A DNA stretch of 64,000 nucleotides from Chiloscyllium plagiosum (Eukaryota): positions 93,201,946-93,265,945 of the forward strand of contig NC_057719.1 of the NCBI RefSeq assembly GCF_004010195.1. The letters are read 5' to 3'. Within the stretch, counting starts at the first letter, position 1. Every line of letters begins with the position of its first letter. Both the position numbers and the translations under genes were made by a program. Of the stretch, positions 49,926 to 63,830 are shown piece by piece. The notes beneath the pieces are model-generated. The model did not search any database. It worked only from the letters and a program-made list of their open reading frames with translations, and was not told the origin of the DNA.

Positions 49926-50809
49926 TCCCAGAGCGGGCCGCACAACCAGACCTACAGAGCTTGGTCTGAGCTCATCATCCAGCTCGGTGCAGTATATGCC
50001 GTCTGAACAAATGTCCAACAATACAGGATAAGCATAAATAACCTTCTCCGATCTGTCAGGTAAGTGTCACCTTATTCTCTCTGCTCCCTCACTCTCACTG
50101 TGTATCTGATGCAGCAGCGACCCAGAACAAGGATCATTCTCCACAACTGTCACTGCAGCATGCAGTAAATTTCCTTTCTTTCTCTCCCTCTGTCTCTCTC
50201 TCACTCCGCTATGCCCTCCCACACACTAATAATACTGCATGGATACCACACTGTGGACTGACTCCGTCCGGACACCTTACCATTCCTCCCCCACTTACAC
50301 TCGCACTAACAGTAGGGTCACCCCCTCCCACTCTCACTCCCTTCCTCCCTTTCTCCCATTCCAAGAGAAACAGCCTGGAATTGGACAGAAATGACCTAGT
50401 AGGGTGGTTGAGTGTCTGACATCCGTTCCCTCACCGCGCTCCGACCGCCACATGGGGAGGATCCTGCTACAAGCCGGAGAGGACCGGGAGACCTCGTGTG
50501 GAGATTCTGAAATATCCACGTCCTATCAACCGACGACGTAGCAATGTTCAGTGAAGGGCAATTCTCACTTTAATCCCACTGTGATTTCAGTTTCCCCCCG
50601 GCACAACTTAGAAACCATGGTCGTGATGCTATCTCCCTTTTGTGTTGAGCTGGTACAAATAGAATCCCCACGATCTCGGTAGGCAGGTGGGTGGGCTCAC
50701 AACATGTCGTCACCACGACCTCCCAGGAAGGGAGCACGCAGGCTCCCTCCTACACATCCTCCTACAAACAGCTAAGATACTGAAACGAACCTGCGATATT
50801 TACTGCACT

Positions 50810-51075
50810 CCACTCATGTCCTGACATCTTCAATAATCTTTGTTCATATACACCCAGCACCCTCTGCACCTGCACCTCCTTTATAACGGTACAACCAGTT
50901 TTATATTAACTTTCAATGTCCTTCCAAGCAAAGTGCATCACCTCACATTGCTCTGTATTGATAGGCATCTGCCATACACCTGAACAATACACCAACATAA
51001 AACTTTCCTTTTGGAGTTTCACACCGTCCTCAAAAAACTTTACAATTCTTCCAGGTTTGGTATCTGCAAACATTG
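50810..51075 (-). mobile_element. CR1 RT fragment
   Basis: SMFADTKPG..WQMPINTEQCEVMHF. Confidence 0.75.
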
Positions 51076-51592
51076 AATTTGCCCGACAGACACACTCCTT
51101 CCAAAATACTGACAACACCAGACAAAGTGATTGAAATATTGACAAGGTTATCATGGAGCGAGAGAAATGCTGACACACTCTCCATGTCTGTATTACTGTC
51201 ACTGTATAGTGAGTGCTTCTACATGTCTGTATTCATGAGTGTGTGTGTCTGTAAGGGGCATATCTGGCAATCTCTGTGGTGTTTAAAGTGATGTACTATT
51301 CCTTGACATGAGTTCTGAGTAATGGTCACTCGATCCAAATTGTCAAGATTATTTAGATTAGATTAGATTACTTTACAGTGTGTCAACTCTCATTTCTGCC
51401 CAAAGATACTTCCAGAGTCGCTGTTGTTGTCAATCTCTGTTGCATCCCATCCCCATCATCCACCCCCACCCCCATGCCACTGTAATCGTGGTGCTAAAGT
51501 GTGCAAACCATCAGGGGTTCAGTCTGGGAGCGAGAGAGGGAGGGTAGCAGCTCACAACAAAATCCAACCTGAAATTTGATTCCACCAAACAA

Positions 51593-51606
51593 ACACACAC
51601 ACAGAC

Positions 51607-51654
<48 letters not shown>

Positions 51655-51665
51655 CACATACACAC
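51593..51665. repeat. (CA)n microsatellite
   Basis: Long perfect CA run at ~51608-51650. Confidence 0.95.
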
Positions 51666-52259
51666 GGTTGGTGTTGAGAGGATTTTCATTGTACAGAGGT
51701 CCTCAGAGTCAACATGTTCATGTGGAGAAATGTCTGTGCTCCTTCTGAAATGTGGAAATGGTTTGTCCCTGGGTCGTATTTCTAACACATAGTGTACACA
51801 TTAAAGCATATTTCCATTGCAATTATATCCAGACAACTCAAAGTGAGCCAATTTGCAAGGCGATGAAATTAATTTTAATGCACTTCCTGTAACTTGCAAG
51901 TTTTAATGTCTCACTCTTGCAAGTAACCTTACATGAGAGAAAGGATTGAAAAGACCTAAACCAGACCAGCAGAGAATGGCATTGTATTACTTTAAACAAA
52001 AGAGGGAAAGGGAGAGGAAGGTAGAGTGGTTTTGACGCCGTTTCAGTGATTCCCACCAAAAAACAAGAAGAGTTCCCATTGCACAGAGATGAAGAGACAG
52101 AGATCCACACACTAATGCAGGTACACACGTAACAAGCACAGAGAGATACACATGCACAGAGAGGTACACGGAGACACATATGGACACACAGTAATAGAAA
52201 AACACGAACAGAAAAATGTTTTTTCTTACTTGGACATATAAACACACATTGACACATCG

Positions 52260-53400
52260 AGTTATAAAGGGTATTTGCAAACAGGCCTATCAGCCCATAC
52301 AGTCCATGCTGACCATAATCCCAATCTAAACCAGACCCACCTGCCTGCGCGTGGCCAAGATTTGTCCAAACGTTCTTTGTATTATTGTACTTAATCAAAT
52401 ACATTTTAAATGCTGTAACTTAACCAACAATCCATCACTTCCTCGGAATTTTATTCCCTACACGAACCACGTGCTGTGAAAACAAAACATCTCAGGGTCC
52501 TGACCAGGTGGATGCAAAACCTCTGTGGGAAGCGAAGAAAGTGATTGCTGGGTCCCTTGATAAGACGTTTTTATCATCAATAGCCACAGGTGAGATGCTA
52601 AAGGTTTATATCGTTAATAGCCACAGTTGAGTTTGACTAAAGTGTGCTATTAAACAAATTGGGAAGGAAAAACCAGGGAACTGTAAATTGGTGATCCTGG
52701 CATCAGTGGTGGGCACGTTGTTGGAGGGAAACATGCGGTACAGGATTTACAAGTATTTGGAAAGTCAAGGACTCATTAGGGATAGGCAAAAATGAGGACG
52801 GCAGATGCTGGAGATTAGAGTATCGATAAAAGTGGTGCTGGAAAAGCAGAGCAAGTCAGGCAGCATCTGAGGAGCAGGAAAGTCGATGTTCTGGGCACAA
52901 ACCCTTTATCAGGCCATTCAAATTGGGTTGTGCGTGGATAATCTTGTCCCATTAATTTGACTGTTGTTTATTGAGATGTAACGGAGAGGATTGATGATGG
53001 CAGGACGCTGGATGTGATCTATATGGACTTCAGTTAGGCATGCGACAAGATTACCCATGAGAGGCTGTTTATCAAGGTTAGATCAAATGGAATACAAGGA
53101 GAATTAGCCCAGTTGGATACAGAACTGGCTCAAAGGTAAAGAACAGAGTGTGGTGATGGAGGGTTGTTTATCAGACTGGTGACTTGTGACCAGTGGAGTG
53201 CCGCCAGGATCGGTGCCTGGTCCGCGACCTTGCTTCAGCTATATCAGTGATCTGAATATGAACATAGGAGGAACAGTTCATAAGTTTGCAGATGACATCG
53301 AAATTGGAGGTATAGTGGCCAGCAAAAAGCTTACCTCAGATTACGACGGGATCTTAATCAGATGGGCCAAGGACCGAGAAGTGGCAAACAGAATTTAAAG
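52260..53400. mobile_element. CR1 pieces: 3' tail on - (52260-52480) joined to RT segment on + (52490-53400), with a Penelope terminus inserted at 52790-52913
   Basis: SQGPDQV, YMDFS, GVPPGSV, KFADDIEIGG on +; antisense tail CAGTCCATGCTGACC. Confidence 0.8.
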
Positions 53401-53404
53401 TTTG

Positions 53405-53535
53405 TGTGAAGATTTGTAGCTCGGGTGCTCGTTGTTGTGGTTCTGTTCGCCGAGCTGGAAGTTTTTGTTGCAAACGTTTCGTCCCCTGGCTAGGCGACAT
53501 CATCAGTGCTTGGGAGCCTCCTGCGAAGCGCTTCT
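53405..53535 (-). mobile_element. Penelope-like terminus containing a hammerhead motif
   Basis: Minus strand gcaCUGAUGA-u-GUCgCCU-agcc-AGGgGAC-GAAA-cg-UU-ugc (53470-53509). Confidence 0.7.
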
Positions 53536-53781
53536 TCCTCCTAGCAGCACTAGAATGCACACTCAGGAACAATGGACTGACAGAAGAGACACAACAAACA
53601 GTGAGACAAACGCACGGCCAGAGACTGCACATTTCCACAGTTAAAAGGAGGAGCTGATTCAGCTGCTCACGCCAGTTTCACAGGAATATGAGGAAGTCAT
53701 GCAGCTCTATGAAATGATTAAAGAAGAGTAGAGATAGCCCATTTAGTGCCTCCAACCAATTACACAGGAAGGGAAAGAGTC

Positions 53782-54240
53782 ATGTGTTTGGGACAACACC
53801 AAAGCCCCTGAAAAATATTTCAATACGGTGGTCTAGACTTTTTTTTTATTTTAAAGGAAATGTGAAGTGTCTGTTCCAGATGCAATGTGACTGATCAATC
53901 TACAAGACGTTAAGAAAAACACAATTTATTTAAACACTAAAGTTAAAATACAGGCAAACAAATAGGTATTCAGAAAAATAAGTCTTTTAGAAATCTTTTT
54001 CACAATGATAGATAGAACGACCATTATTAATTAAGAGTTCTGATACAGTAATATCCCATAAACACATACTTGGCAAAAAGGAAAGTTCAGTCACAGATTC
54101 TCAGATGCAGTTCACCAATCGAGTACAGAAAAAAATCAAGTGAAATTCAGAGAGAGTTGCAGCCAGGAGACTTCCACTGAAGTTTGCAACTCTGTTAAGA
54201 CCCTAATAGCTTCTCATATTATTGAGAAGCCAAAACTCTT
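53782..54240 (-). mobile_element. Putative solo LTR (partial)
   Basis: Aligns with 7885-8335 (TTTATTTAAACACT, CCCATAAACA, CAGATTCTC, GAGAAGCCAAAA). Confidence 0.5.
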
Positions 54241-54800
54241 CCTGTAATGTGGCACCCAGAACTGCACACAGTATTCTATCTATGGCCTAACCAATCTTAT
54301 GTTTAGCTCATATTATTTTGCCTCAATGAATAATCTCTGTGCCTACAATTCCATGTGTTTTCTTAACTAGCTATTACACTGTCCAGTCGCATTCAGGGAT
54401 ATGTGGAGAAACACCCTCTGCGCTTCCTAGTGTGCTGCCTTTCATTGAGCTCTCCCATATGAGATTCCTTCTTCCACACTGCATCAACTCATATTTATCA
54501 GGTTTGCATTCCCTCTGCCATTGATCTGCCCATCTGACCATTCCATTTGTATCTTCCTGTAAAATAAAACCTTCTTCCTCACTGCCAACCACCTGGCCAA
54601 TCTTTGTATCAAACTCAAAATAACTTATTACAGTCGCGCCCCCCTCACTCCCCATTCCCCCCCTCCACATTCACATCTGAATCATTTATGTATACCACAA
54701 AAAATACGATACACTGCACTGCTCGCTGTGGTACAGCACCAGACACTGGCCTATCTCCACCCCCTTTCCAGTAACTTGGGAACACATCGCAGTTCTCTAG
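54240..54800 (-). mobile_element. CR1 RT fragment
   Basis: FDTKIGQVVGSEEEGFILQED..WADQWQ. Confidence 0.75.
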
Positions 54801-54824
54801 TCCTTTGGCATTTTCTTTGCAGTC

Positions 54825-55218
54825 AGATTCGACTGTCAGTACCATACATCAGGAGCATCTCGGAACTGACAGCCAGACTACTGCAACCCCTGGGACTCAT
54901 AACAGCACACAAACCAACAGCCACACTCAGACAACAATTCAGCAGAACGAAGGACCCGATACCCAACATGAGCAAAACTATTGTAGTGTACAAAATACCA
55001 TACAAAGACTGCACAAAACACTATATAGGACAAACAGGAAGACAGCTAACAATCCGCATACATGAACATCAACTAGCCACGAAACGACACGACCAGCTAT
55101 CCTTAGTAGCCACACACGCAGACAACAAGCAACATGAATTCGACTGGGACAACACTATTATCATAGGGCAAGCCAGACAGAGAACAGCCAGGGAATTCCT
55201 AGAGGCATGGCATTCAGT
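54825..55218 (+). mobile_element. Penelope-like (Poseidon-type) GIY-YIG endonuclease fragment, open frame
   Basis: PYIRSISELTARLL..VVYKIPYKDCTKHYIGQTGRQLTIRIHEH..AREFLEAWH. Confidence 0.92.
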
Positions 55219-55699
55219 CCTCTGGCACCTCCCTTGTGGTATGTTTTGAATTAAACATTTAGGTCAGGTCATTTCCTCCCTTGTCTCCAACAGCATCCTG
55301 ATATACAACTCAAAATCATGAATCCCAACATGCATCTTATATCAACCTGTTCGAGAGCTTCCCTGTCCATCTTCTTGAATTCTGTACCGGGCTCCTCCTT
55401 AATCCAAGTAAAACAGATGTGAAGCTCTCATGTCACAGTCTATAATATTCACCAGCTTCACACACAGATTGCCCCCTTGGTTTCGAATTGTGTCCCAATT
55501 GTTCCCTGGTTATTCTGTTCTGTTTGCTGTTTTGTAGATTATCTTGCGATTCCTCCTAACCTTGCCCGCTGCAATTCTCCGTGCCCCTGTATTAGTCAGT
55601 CTGCTATATGTGAATTTTCTAAGTTTCCCGGAGATCACCTCTCATCGTTTGAAACAGTACAGAACACAAGTATGTCATCCATTCATACAAACTTTCCAT

Positions 55700-58600
55700 T
55701 TCAGTTGTTTGACCAAATTAAGGAAGAACGTGAGTGGTTTCTGATCCTGAAAGCTTTAATACATGGAGACGAATATGGGATCTTGATAATATTGCCCCCT
55801 GCACACCCCCTCAATTTCCTAATAGATGCGCTCTCCAGGTTAATGACCCTTGGGGCACATCGTACAATTAAAGGGGAGATTGTAACCGACTTACGGACCC
55901 CGAGGTGGATAGGATGCAGACTGGTCTCGCGGATATTTCCCTGCCAGCTGGTGGATCTGAACAGGCAGCTAGGTTGGTGTATGTGTGCGATGTCTTCACC
56001 CTGAAGGTTGGGTGAAGACATCTCACCTTTTTTTCTAACCCACATCAGTGCTATACCAGGATTGACATTTTTTTTTGCCAATTGGCCTTTTCAAATTCGG
56101 TGCTGTCCTGCAGAATTGAGAAAATAGCCTTTTCTGATCATGCAGCAGTGCAGCATGGAGGTTAAGGATGGTGGCAATGGGACAGGCACAGGGCATTGCC
56201 ACACGGATCCTTTCCTCCTGAATGTGATCAAATTCATTGAGTACTTTTCGCGGGCATTTAAATCTTTTTGCGACACTAACTTTGGTACGGCCAGTAATCC
56301 ATCAGTGTTCTGGCAGACTGCCAAGGCCTATGCAAGGTGTTTGATTATTTATTGCTTAGCGACTCGAAAGTGGCATAAGGGAAAGCAGCAGCATATGCTT
56401 GAGGCTCGGCTAAAGGCAGCCGAGACAACATATTTTAACAGACTATCTGTAACCAAGTCGCAGCGGATTACAGCCATCCAGGCTGCTCTGAACACAGCAC
56501 TCACCCAGACAGCAAAGAGGGAGATTTCCTTTGTGAAAAAGAGGCTATTAGAGCATGGTGATAAACTGGGATCGTATAGGCGTACTTGGTCAGAAGGAAG
56601 AGTACCCACAATCTATCACATCCATTAGAGAGGGTGCTGGAACTATCACTTGTGAACCCAAAAAGGTTAATGCAGCATTCAGTAAGTTCAGAGGATTGTG
56701 ACCCTGGACAACCCAGGTGTAAAGTCAGAGCAGGAGTCTCTTTTGAATGCCCCTCTGACAATCCAAGAGATGCAGGATGCAGTATGTCAGCGAATTGAGA
56801 TTTATAAGGAGTTCATAGGTGTGCTAGCTGGGCCAATGTTGGATATATTCAATTATTCTTACAGTCAGACTGCCTCCCATCCTCCCTGAGTTTATCAAAT
56901 ATTTCTTTTAATCTCAAGAGAGGGAAAGCCCCAGGGGATTGCACTTCGTATAGGTCTATATCATTATTATTCTGGATTAGTGGTGCTAGAAGAGCACAGC
57001 AGTTCAGGCAGCATCCGAGGAGCAGTAAAATCGACGTTTAGGGCAAAAACCCTTCTTTTTACCTGTATCATTATTAAAGGTGGACATTAAAATGTTTAAA
57101 AAATGTTAGTTTTGAGGCTAGAGAGGGTCAAAAAGAGAACCAGGCAGCTTTTATTATGAGTTGCATGTCTCCTAATAATATTAGGAGAGTGCTTTCTCTG
57201 GTTCAGTTGTGCCAGCAAGGGTTGATGCCAGTCTTTGTAGTCTCCCTGGATGCAGAGAAAACATTTGATCGGGTGTAGTGGCCTGTAACGGTTTGGCCTT
57301 GGAGGTGTCTTTGCCTGGTGAGTGGCAGAATTATATAGTTACGCTAAAGCAGCAATTCTCACAAATGGTTTAAGGACTAATGGTATAATTTTAGAATCGG
57401 CAGAGGCACCCGATAAGGGTGCCCTTTTCAACGTTATTATTGGCATTAATGAATACGCCTTTAGCAGAGGCCATCTAGAGGGACCACAATATGACTGTCC
57501 TGGAGGTAGTGTCAGGAAGGCATAATATCACCCTTTACACATATGATTTTTTTTCTATTTCTAATTCACCGCATGATATCTGTGCCCAGTTTAATACAAG
57601 CGATTAATTTATTTGGATCTTTCTCGGGGTAAAAAATCAATTTTATGAAATCGGAGGCCATGCGTTTGCAGTACCCGATCATGGGGGTGCAATCCGATTC
57701 CTCTTCAGATAGTCACAAGGAGGCTTCCTCTGTTTAGTCATTTTTGTCACACCGGCCTTCGATCAATTATATAAAGCTAAGTTCATGCAGTCGTGAGAGA
57801 ATATAAGACAGGACCTTCGACTCTGGGAAAATATTCTAATTTCCTCGTTGGGTAGAATTCTTCTGGTTAAAATGAATGTTCTTCTTTGTTTCGTCTATCC
57901 CATGCAAATAGTCCCTTTGATGCTCTCCAAGCAGAGAGGCTTTTCAGTTGCTTCGACTCATTTATCTAGCAACACAGCTCTTATGAAGCTGGCCAAATTG
58001 CAGGTTATGCAAGAGATGATGGGTATGAATTGTCTGGACTTTAAGAAATACCATCTAAGTGCCCTACAATCCTATGTGGCTGATTGGGCTTGCCAAGACC
58101 CGCCGTTAGTTTGGTTGGACAGTGAGGCCTCCCAGGCAAAATTGCCCCTTATTAATCTGTTGTTCATGGACAAGGTTAGGACTGTTATGGATCATTGCAG
58201 AAATCCAATTGTCCTTAACATGGTTAACGCATGGAAAATGTTACAACAAAGTGAAGGCAACTTACAAAAAAAAAATCCCCTTTTACTCCTATTGTAGGAT
58301 TGGTAGGATTCCAGCCAGGGTTGATGGATTCTGGATTTCGCCTCTGGGAGTCCAGAAGAGTTTCCTGTTAGAGATACGTATTTGACGTGAAGGTCATGAT
58401 GGCTTTCGAGCAGCTGAGTCAGAAATATGAACTATCTTGCAGGGATCTATTTCGTTTCTTTCAGATGAGGAACTTACTACAGAAAAAAACTACATTAATG
58501 TTTAGTCCCTATAAGTCGGAAATGCAGAGGGGAGTGCTTCGGCCCACAGGTGCTCTCTCGGTTAGCATCCTCTATCATTGATTAAGATGTAGTGTCTTGA

Positions 58601-59592
58601 AGGATATAGAGTGGCTATATGGAATTTGGGCTCAGGAATTCTGGGTGGAGATGTCACCAGAGGAGTGGAAGGCTATTTGGGAGAACGTAAGGAAGATTTC
58701 AATTTGCAATAGGACGTGGGCTGTGCAGTTGAAGGTACTCCACAAGGTTTATTTGACACCAGAGCAGCTTGTGAAATTTAAGACCGGAGCATCCCCAAAA
58801 TGCCCCAAATATACAATAGATGTTTGTACTCTTACTCATTGCTTGTGATCATGCCACAAGCTTCGTAGGTATTGGTGCATTGCAGCAAGTGTTTTGGAAG
58901 GGTAAATGGGAACCGAGGTAAAGGTAAATCTGGTGTCCCTCCTCTTGGGTTCGATTAATCCTCTCTTTTTGGACTTGCATGGGAAGAACTTGTTTAGTAT
59001 TCTTTCATTTTGTGCGAGGAAGGACATTCTGATGAACTGGGTTCCAGGAAACCTCCCAGGACTCTCATCGTGGTGTAGATTAGTTATGGAGTCCATCCTC
59101 CTGGACTTCCTTACGGGTATAGCACCAGAAAATGGAACACTTTTATAGGACGTGGCGGCCCCGGTTTACCCATATAGACATGGCTTTATTTTCTATATTG
59201 GTCAGTGCATTTGTGTAACAGTGAGGGCTGTGTCTGGTGGCAGAGGGACTTCTGGCAGAAAGAATTCTGAACAAATACGGGTATGGCAACTCATGCTACT
59301 AGTGATGATGAGCGTTGGTAGTATTGTGCTGAGTGTTGTGACTTCATGTAATTTAATTTAATTTGCCTTGGTTCAGTTCAGTTTAATCTATTGTTTGTCT
59401 TGATTTAGTTATTTATTGAATTGTAGTTTTTGCAGAGTCTTTTTTTCTCCTAAATTGTTTGTGGAGTAGAATGCTAGTTTGTTTATTGCTTTTGTTGTTG
59501 TATTAAAAGATTTATCTATTATTTTGTAGTAATTTTATATTTTGAAAAAAACAAACAAACTCTTCTTCTCAATAATAATATATATGTTAAAA
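55700..59592 (+). mobile_element. L1/Tx1-clade LINE ORF2 (APE end, RT, C-terminal Cys region, T-rich 3' UTR), degenerate
   Basis: FWQTAKAYAR, HGDK, YRSISLL|KVD, SLDAEKTFDRV, GRILLVKMNVL, QLKVLHKVYLTP..CPK..TLTHCL; AATAA/A-rich end. Confidence 0.9.
56970..57062 (-). mobile_element. ~93-bp Penelope terminal insertion inside the L1, with TSD
   Basis: TATCATTATTA at 56959-56969 and 57066-57076; GGCAGCATCCGAGGAGCAG..TCGACGTTTAGGGC. Confidence 0.8.
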
Positions 59593-59599
59593 GGTTATC

Positions 59600-60860
59600 T
59601 GTCTTTCAGAAATGCATTATCATTCTCTCTAGTTTTACTGTTACTTTCTAAGCGTCCAAAGTCACACCATGAATAATAGATTCCATCAGATTCCCAATGT
59701 TGATGACAAGTTACTAGTCTGTAGTTCTCCACTCTCCATCTTCTTCCCTTCTTTAATCATCTGATTACATTTTTTAACATCTGGTTCCCCAGAATGGCTT
59801 TCTGCCTTTCCATAATTTATAGTAAAATAACAGTGACCCCCAATGTAATTAATATGTCTGCTCCTGCTTCCTCCGAAATTCTGGCATGAAGTGTATGTGG
59901 CCCGTCAAACATATCAATGCTCAATCCAGCTATGTTTCCAATTACAGCATCGTTACTGATATCAAGTATATTAGTCTTTAGTTACTCATGTCCCAGGGTC
60001 AGATTGCATTCCCTGGAGATTTTCAGGATCTTCCACCGTGAAGACAGATACAAAGAAACTGTTTAGTTTCCCTTTAATTTCTCTGTTCTCTCCAAGACAT
60101 TATTCTGTCTGGAAAATTCACTGGTCCACATTTGACCTTGCTTTAAAATTTCCTCTCAAATATTCTTAGAAGCTTTTCAGCATTTCTTTTTCTCTTTGTT
60201 CGTGTACTGCCTTGTTCGCTTTTTGATTTGCTTATTATTGTTCTAGCCCTCATTTCCTTGGTCTGAACTGTTCTGAAGCTATTGCTCATCACCGTATCTT
60301 TCTCTGAGTCGCTTCCTTTGATCGAATACTAACTTTAACTTCATTTGTTAACCATCATTACGTCACATTTCCCTTTCACTATTTGCACCTTGGAGGGATA
60401 TAAATATAGTGCATCTTACAAAAAACAACACCTTATTAAAAAAACAACAAAAAACACTTTGTATTCTGACATCATGTAAAAATTCAATATATTCTGACGA
60501 CTAATTCTCAAAGCTGCTTTACAACAGGGTATTCAATTCCCTCGTCCGACCACATATCACCAATTCCAAAACGGCCTGAGCTCTATGTCAGTGCTCAACA
60601 AACCGTTAAAACAGACCATTTCATGCAGGCCATGGAATCTATTTTTATATCATTAACATTCCCTTTGGTTATCACAGTTTGGATGCACCTTGAATCTGTC
60701 CATTATTACTGCAGTACACAGAAACTTGTATATCCATTTTCCGGTTTTATAACATGCCCAGTGTTGGTATTGCAGTTTTCACTTTGATATATGACTCCCA
60801 TCAATGAATGCTTCTCCTTGCCGATTCTAAACTCCATTCTAGTAGATTCTCTGGCATCTG
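59600..60860 (-). mobile_element. Old CR1-like ORF2 fragments
   Basis: TTCCACCGTGAAGACAGATACAAAG (antisense of FVSVFTVE). Confidence 0.5.
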
Positions 60861-62099
60861 AGCAACATGGGTACTGGCGAGCTGAATAGCAGATTCAGGT
60901 GAGATGTTACACTCCTTACTGTTTTTCTACAATGTCATTGTGACATTTTCACCTGATCTCCCATTATGCTGGTGGAGTAGAGAAGGACAATGCTGTTTCA
61001 ACAGTGTTGTGTATTCTCCCAGACAGCTGAGACCGCTCTAATGTGCGTGAGAAACTTAAAGTAGGCTGGTAAAGTGTTGCTGCTGCTGTACAGGATCTTA
61101 GTAAGATCACATCTGAAGTAGTGTTTGCACATTTAGTCTCCTCACTGAAGAAAGGATATTGTTATATTGGGAGCAGCTCAGATATGGTTCCCTCAACTGA
61201 TCCCTGCAATGATAGTATTAGCTTATAAGGAAAGTATGATCAGGTTGATCCAATATCCATTAGAGTTTACATGAATGAAAGATGATCTTAATTGTCCACC
61301 GAACACCAGAAGAAGTCAGCAACAAAAACAAACGACACAGCAAATGGAGAAATCCCTTCCGCTTCTGCAGCCTGTTACACAAGAACAGCAGAAGGATATT
61401 CAGGCCTTCGACGCCGTTAAAGCAGAACTGGATGAGGCTGTTCAGCCCTGGAGCCTGATATGCAGTTCCAGGAGGAGGTCAATCAGCCCTGCGAGCCTAT
61501 AACACTGGACCCAGAGTAGGTAATGCTGCACAGTATCCTGTTACACAGCAATAGGATCAGTCCATTCAGCCTCCTCAAGTCAGTAATATAGCAACTGGAA
61601 GAGGCCCTACAGTGACTGGAGATTGGTCATTCAGTCCCATTGACCTGTTGAATGGGAATTGTAAAAAGGATGCAACCTATATAAGACGTCTTATGGGAAA
61701 GGTATTCACCTCACGTGCCTAGTGTATGGGGACAGCAGATGAACTACCATCCCCTCAATTGCACTTCAGAGATGCAAGAGAAGATGGTTCAGTATCTCCA
61801 GCCTATGAGTTACTTACGTTCCTGAAACTATTACACAGCAAATTGAAAGATTACATAATCTCACAAACCTCTTATGTATTAACAGGAGGAGGACAGGCAG
61901 GCCATCGAGATGATAATATAGGGACAGCAGAAAGATATCAGCATATCGATTTTTTGCACAAGAGCATTTGTCAGACACTCATGCCTCTTATAAAACAATC
62001 AGAGCAAGTAATTTCACACCATGTGCAAATTATACAGGATTAGAACGAACAAAGAGGTTATATAAAGCTGAGAATTGAGAATTAGCACCTTCACGATGG

Positions 62100-63830
62100 A
62101 ATATAAAGTAGTGAGAAAATTGCTGGAATTTAAGAAAGATTGTTAAAATCGATTATTCAAGAATTACTGTCGGGGCATTTGCAGAGTCAAGCCACAATCC
62201 ATCAGAATCAACATAATTTTGCAAAGGATGAATCGTATTTTCATTATTTGTTCGAGTCTTTGAGAATGTTACAAGCAAGCTGCATAATGGGGATCCTGGA
62301 GATCTAAAATCTGGACTTGCAGAATACATTGAATAAGGAATGCACAACAGATTAATCTGCAGAATAAGATCGCATATGCTTAGAAATAATTTATTTGCTT
62401 GGCTATAGGATTGGCGAAACAAAGAAATGCAGTGAGATGGAATAAAAGGTTCATTTTCTATTTCCAAAAATGTAACTTTAAGGGGACCATAGGGCTCAGG
62501 ACCCAAGCCCCAACTATTAGTGATCAATACTATTACTTATTTGAGTGGTTAGACATGCTATAACCAGTTTCTCAGAAGACACTGACTCAGATGAGAAATT
62601 GCAATGAATGGTTAAGTATAAGTTGGGCCATTATTTGGCAGATGAATCCGAAAAATGAAAAGTATGAGACCGTTTTGTTCGGTCTAACAGAAAGGCAACT
62701 TATTATCCAAACAGAGAGAAACTACAGAGTGCTTAGGTGCAGAGGGAGCTGGTATTCTTATCCATATCGCAAAATAAAAATCACAGATGCAAGTACATCA
62801 GATAATGAGAAAGGCAGCTGCAATTTTGGCATTTATTTCTGAAAAATAGATTATAAATTGAGGGAGGCGTTGCTGCAACAATGCCAAGCATTTGTGAGAT
62901 CACAATTGAGTACTGTGTACAGTTGTGCTGTCCTGACTGCAGGACGGATGTCATTACCATGGAGGCAGTTCAGCAGAGCTTTACTACGTAGATTCCAGAG
63001 CTGAGGAACTGGTCTTATGAAGAAAGATTGAGCAGTTCAGGCCTATACGCTCTGAAAAATGAGAGGAGATGACACTGAGGTCTGGAAAATGCTAAAAGTG
63101 ATTGATAATGCATTGGGTATTTCCTCATGTGGGGCAATCTACAACAAGAGATCATAGTTTTATGAAAAGTGGAGTGGAATGTAAACAATGATGAGAAAAC
63201 TTCTCTCAAAGGATTGTGAATCTGTGTAATTCACTGTTCCAGAGTACAATGGATGCTGGGACATTGAATAGCTATAGGCATATGGAGAGCGGGCAGGAAA
63301 GTGGAACGGAGGCTGCGATGACATCAGCAATGACTGCATTCAATGGTGGAGCACGCTCGATGGGCTGAATTGCCGACTGATGCTTCTCGTTCTTATTCAG
63401 CCCTTCGACTGTGTTATACATGAGTGGGGGAGGACTGGTTATCAAACAGGAAGCCGGCACTCTGGATAAATCAGTCTTAATTAATTTAAAAGAATGTGAC
63501 TAGCAGGGTCACACATTGACCAGTGCTAGGTCATCAGCTCTTTAAAATCTATATCAATGATCTAGAGGAGAAGAACAAATGTACTATAAATAAGTTTGCC
63601 AATGAAGTTAAGATAATCAGGAAATTAAATTATCAAGGGAAATTGTAGAATCTGTTAATGGGTGTGGACAGGTTAAGTCAATGGCTAAGAGATTGGCAGT
63701 TGCGATTTAACTTAATATATAACCTATCATTTTCTTCCAGGAAGAACGGCAGGCAGTATGCTACTGAAATACAGATGGATTACAGGACTTAGTGACACCG
63801 TGTGTACTGGAGGGTTCACTCTGAGCCATT
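62100..63830 (+). mobile_element. Old CR1-clade RT and 3'-tail fragments
   Basis: WQMNP...CETVLFG-like motif, VRSQLEYCVQ, tail GCTCGATGGGCTGAATTGCC at ~63355. Confidence 0.7.
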
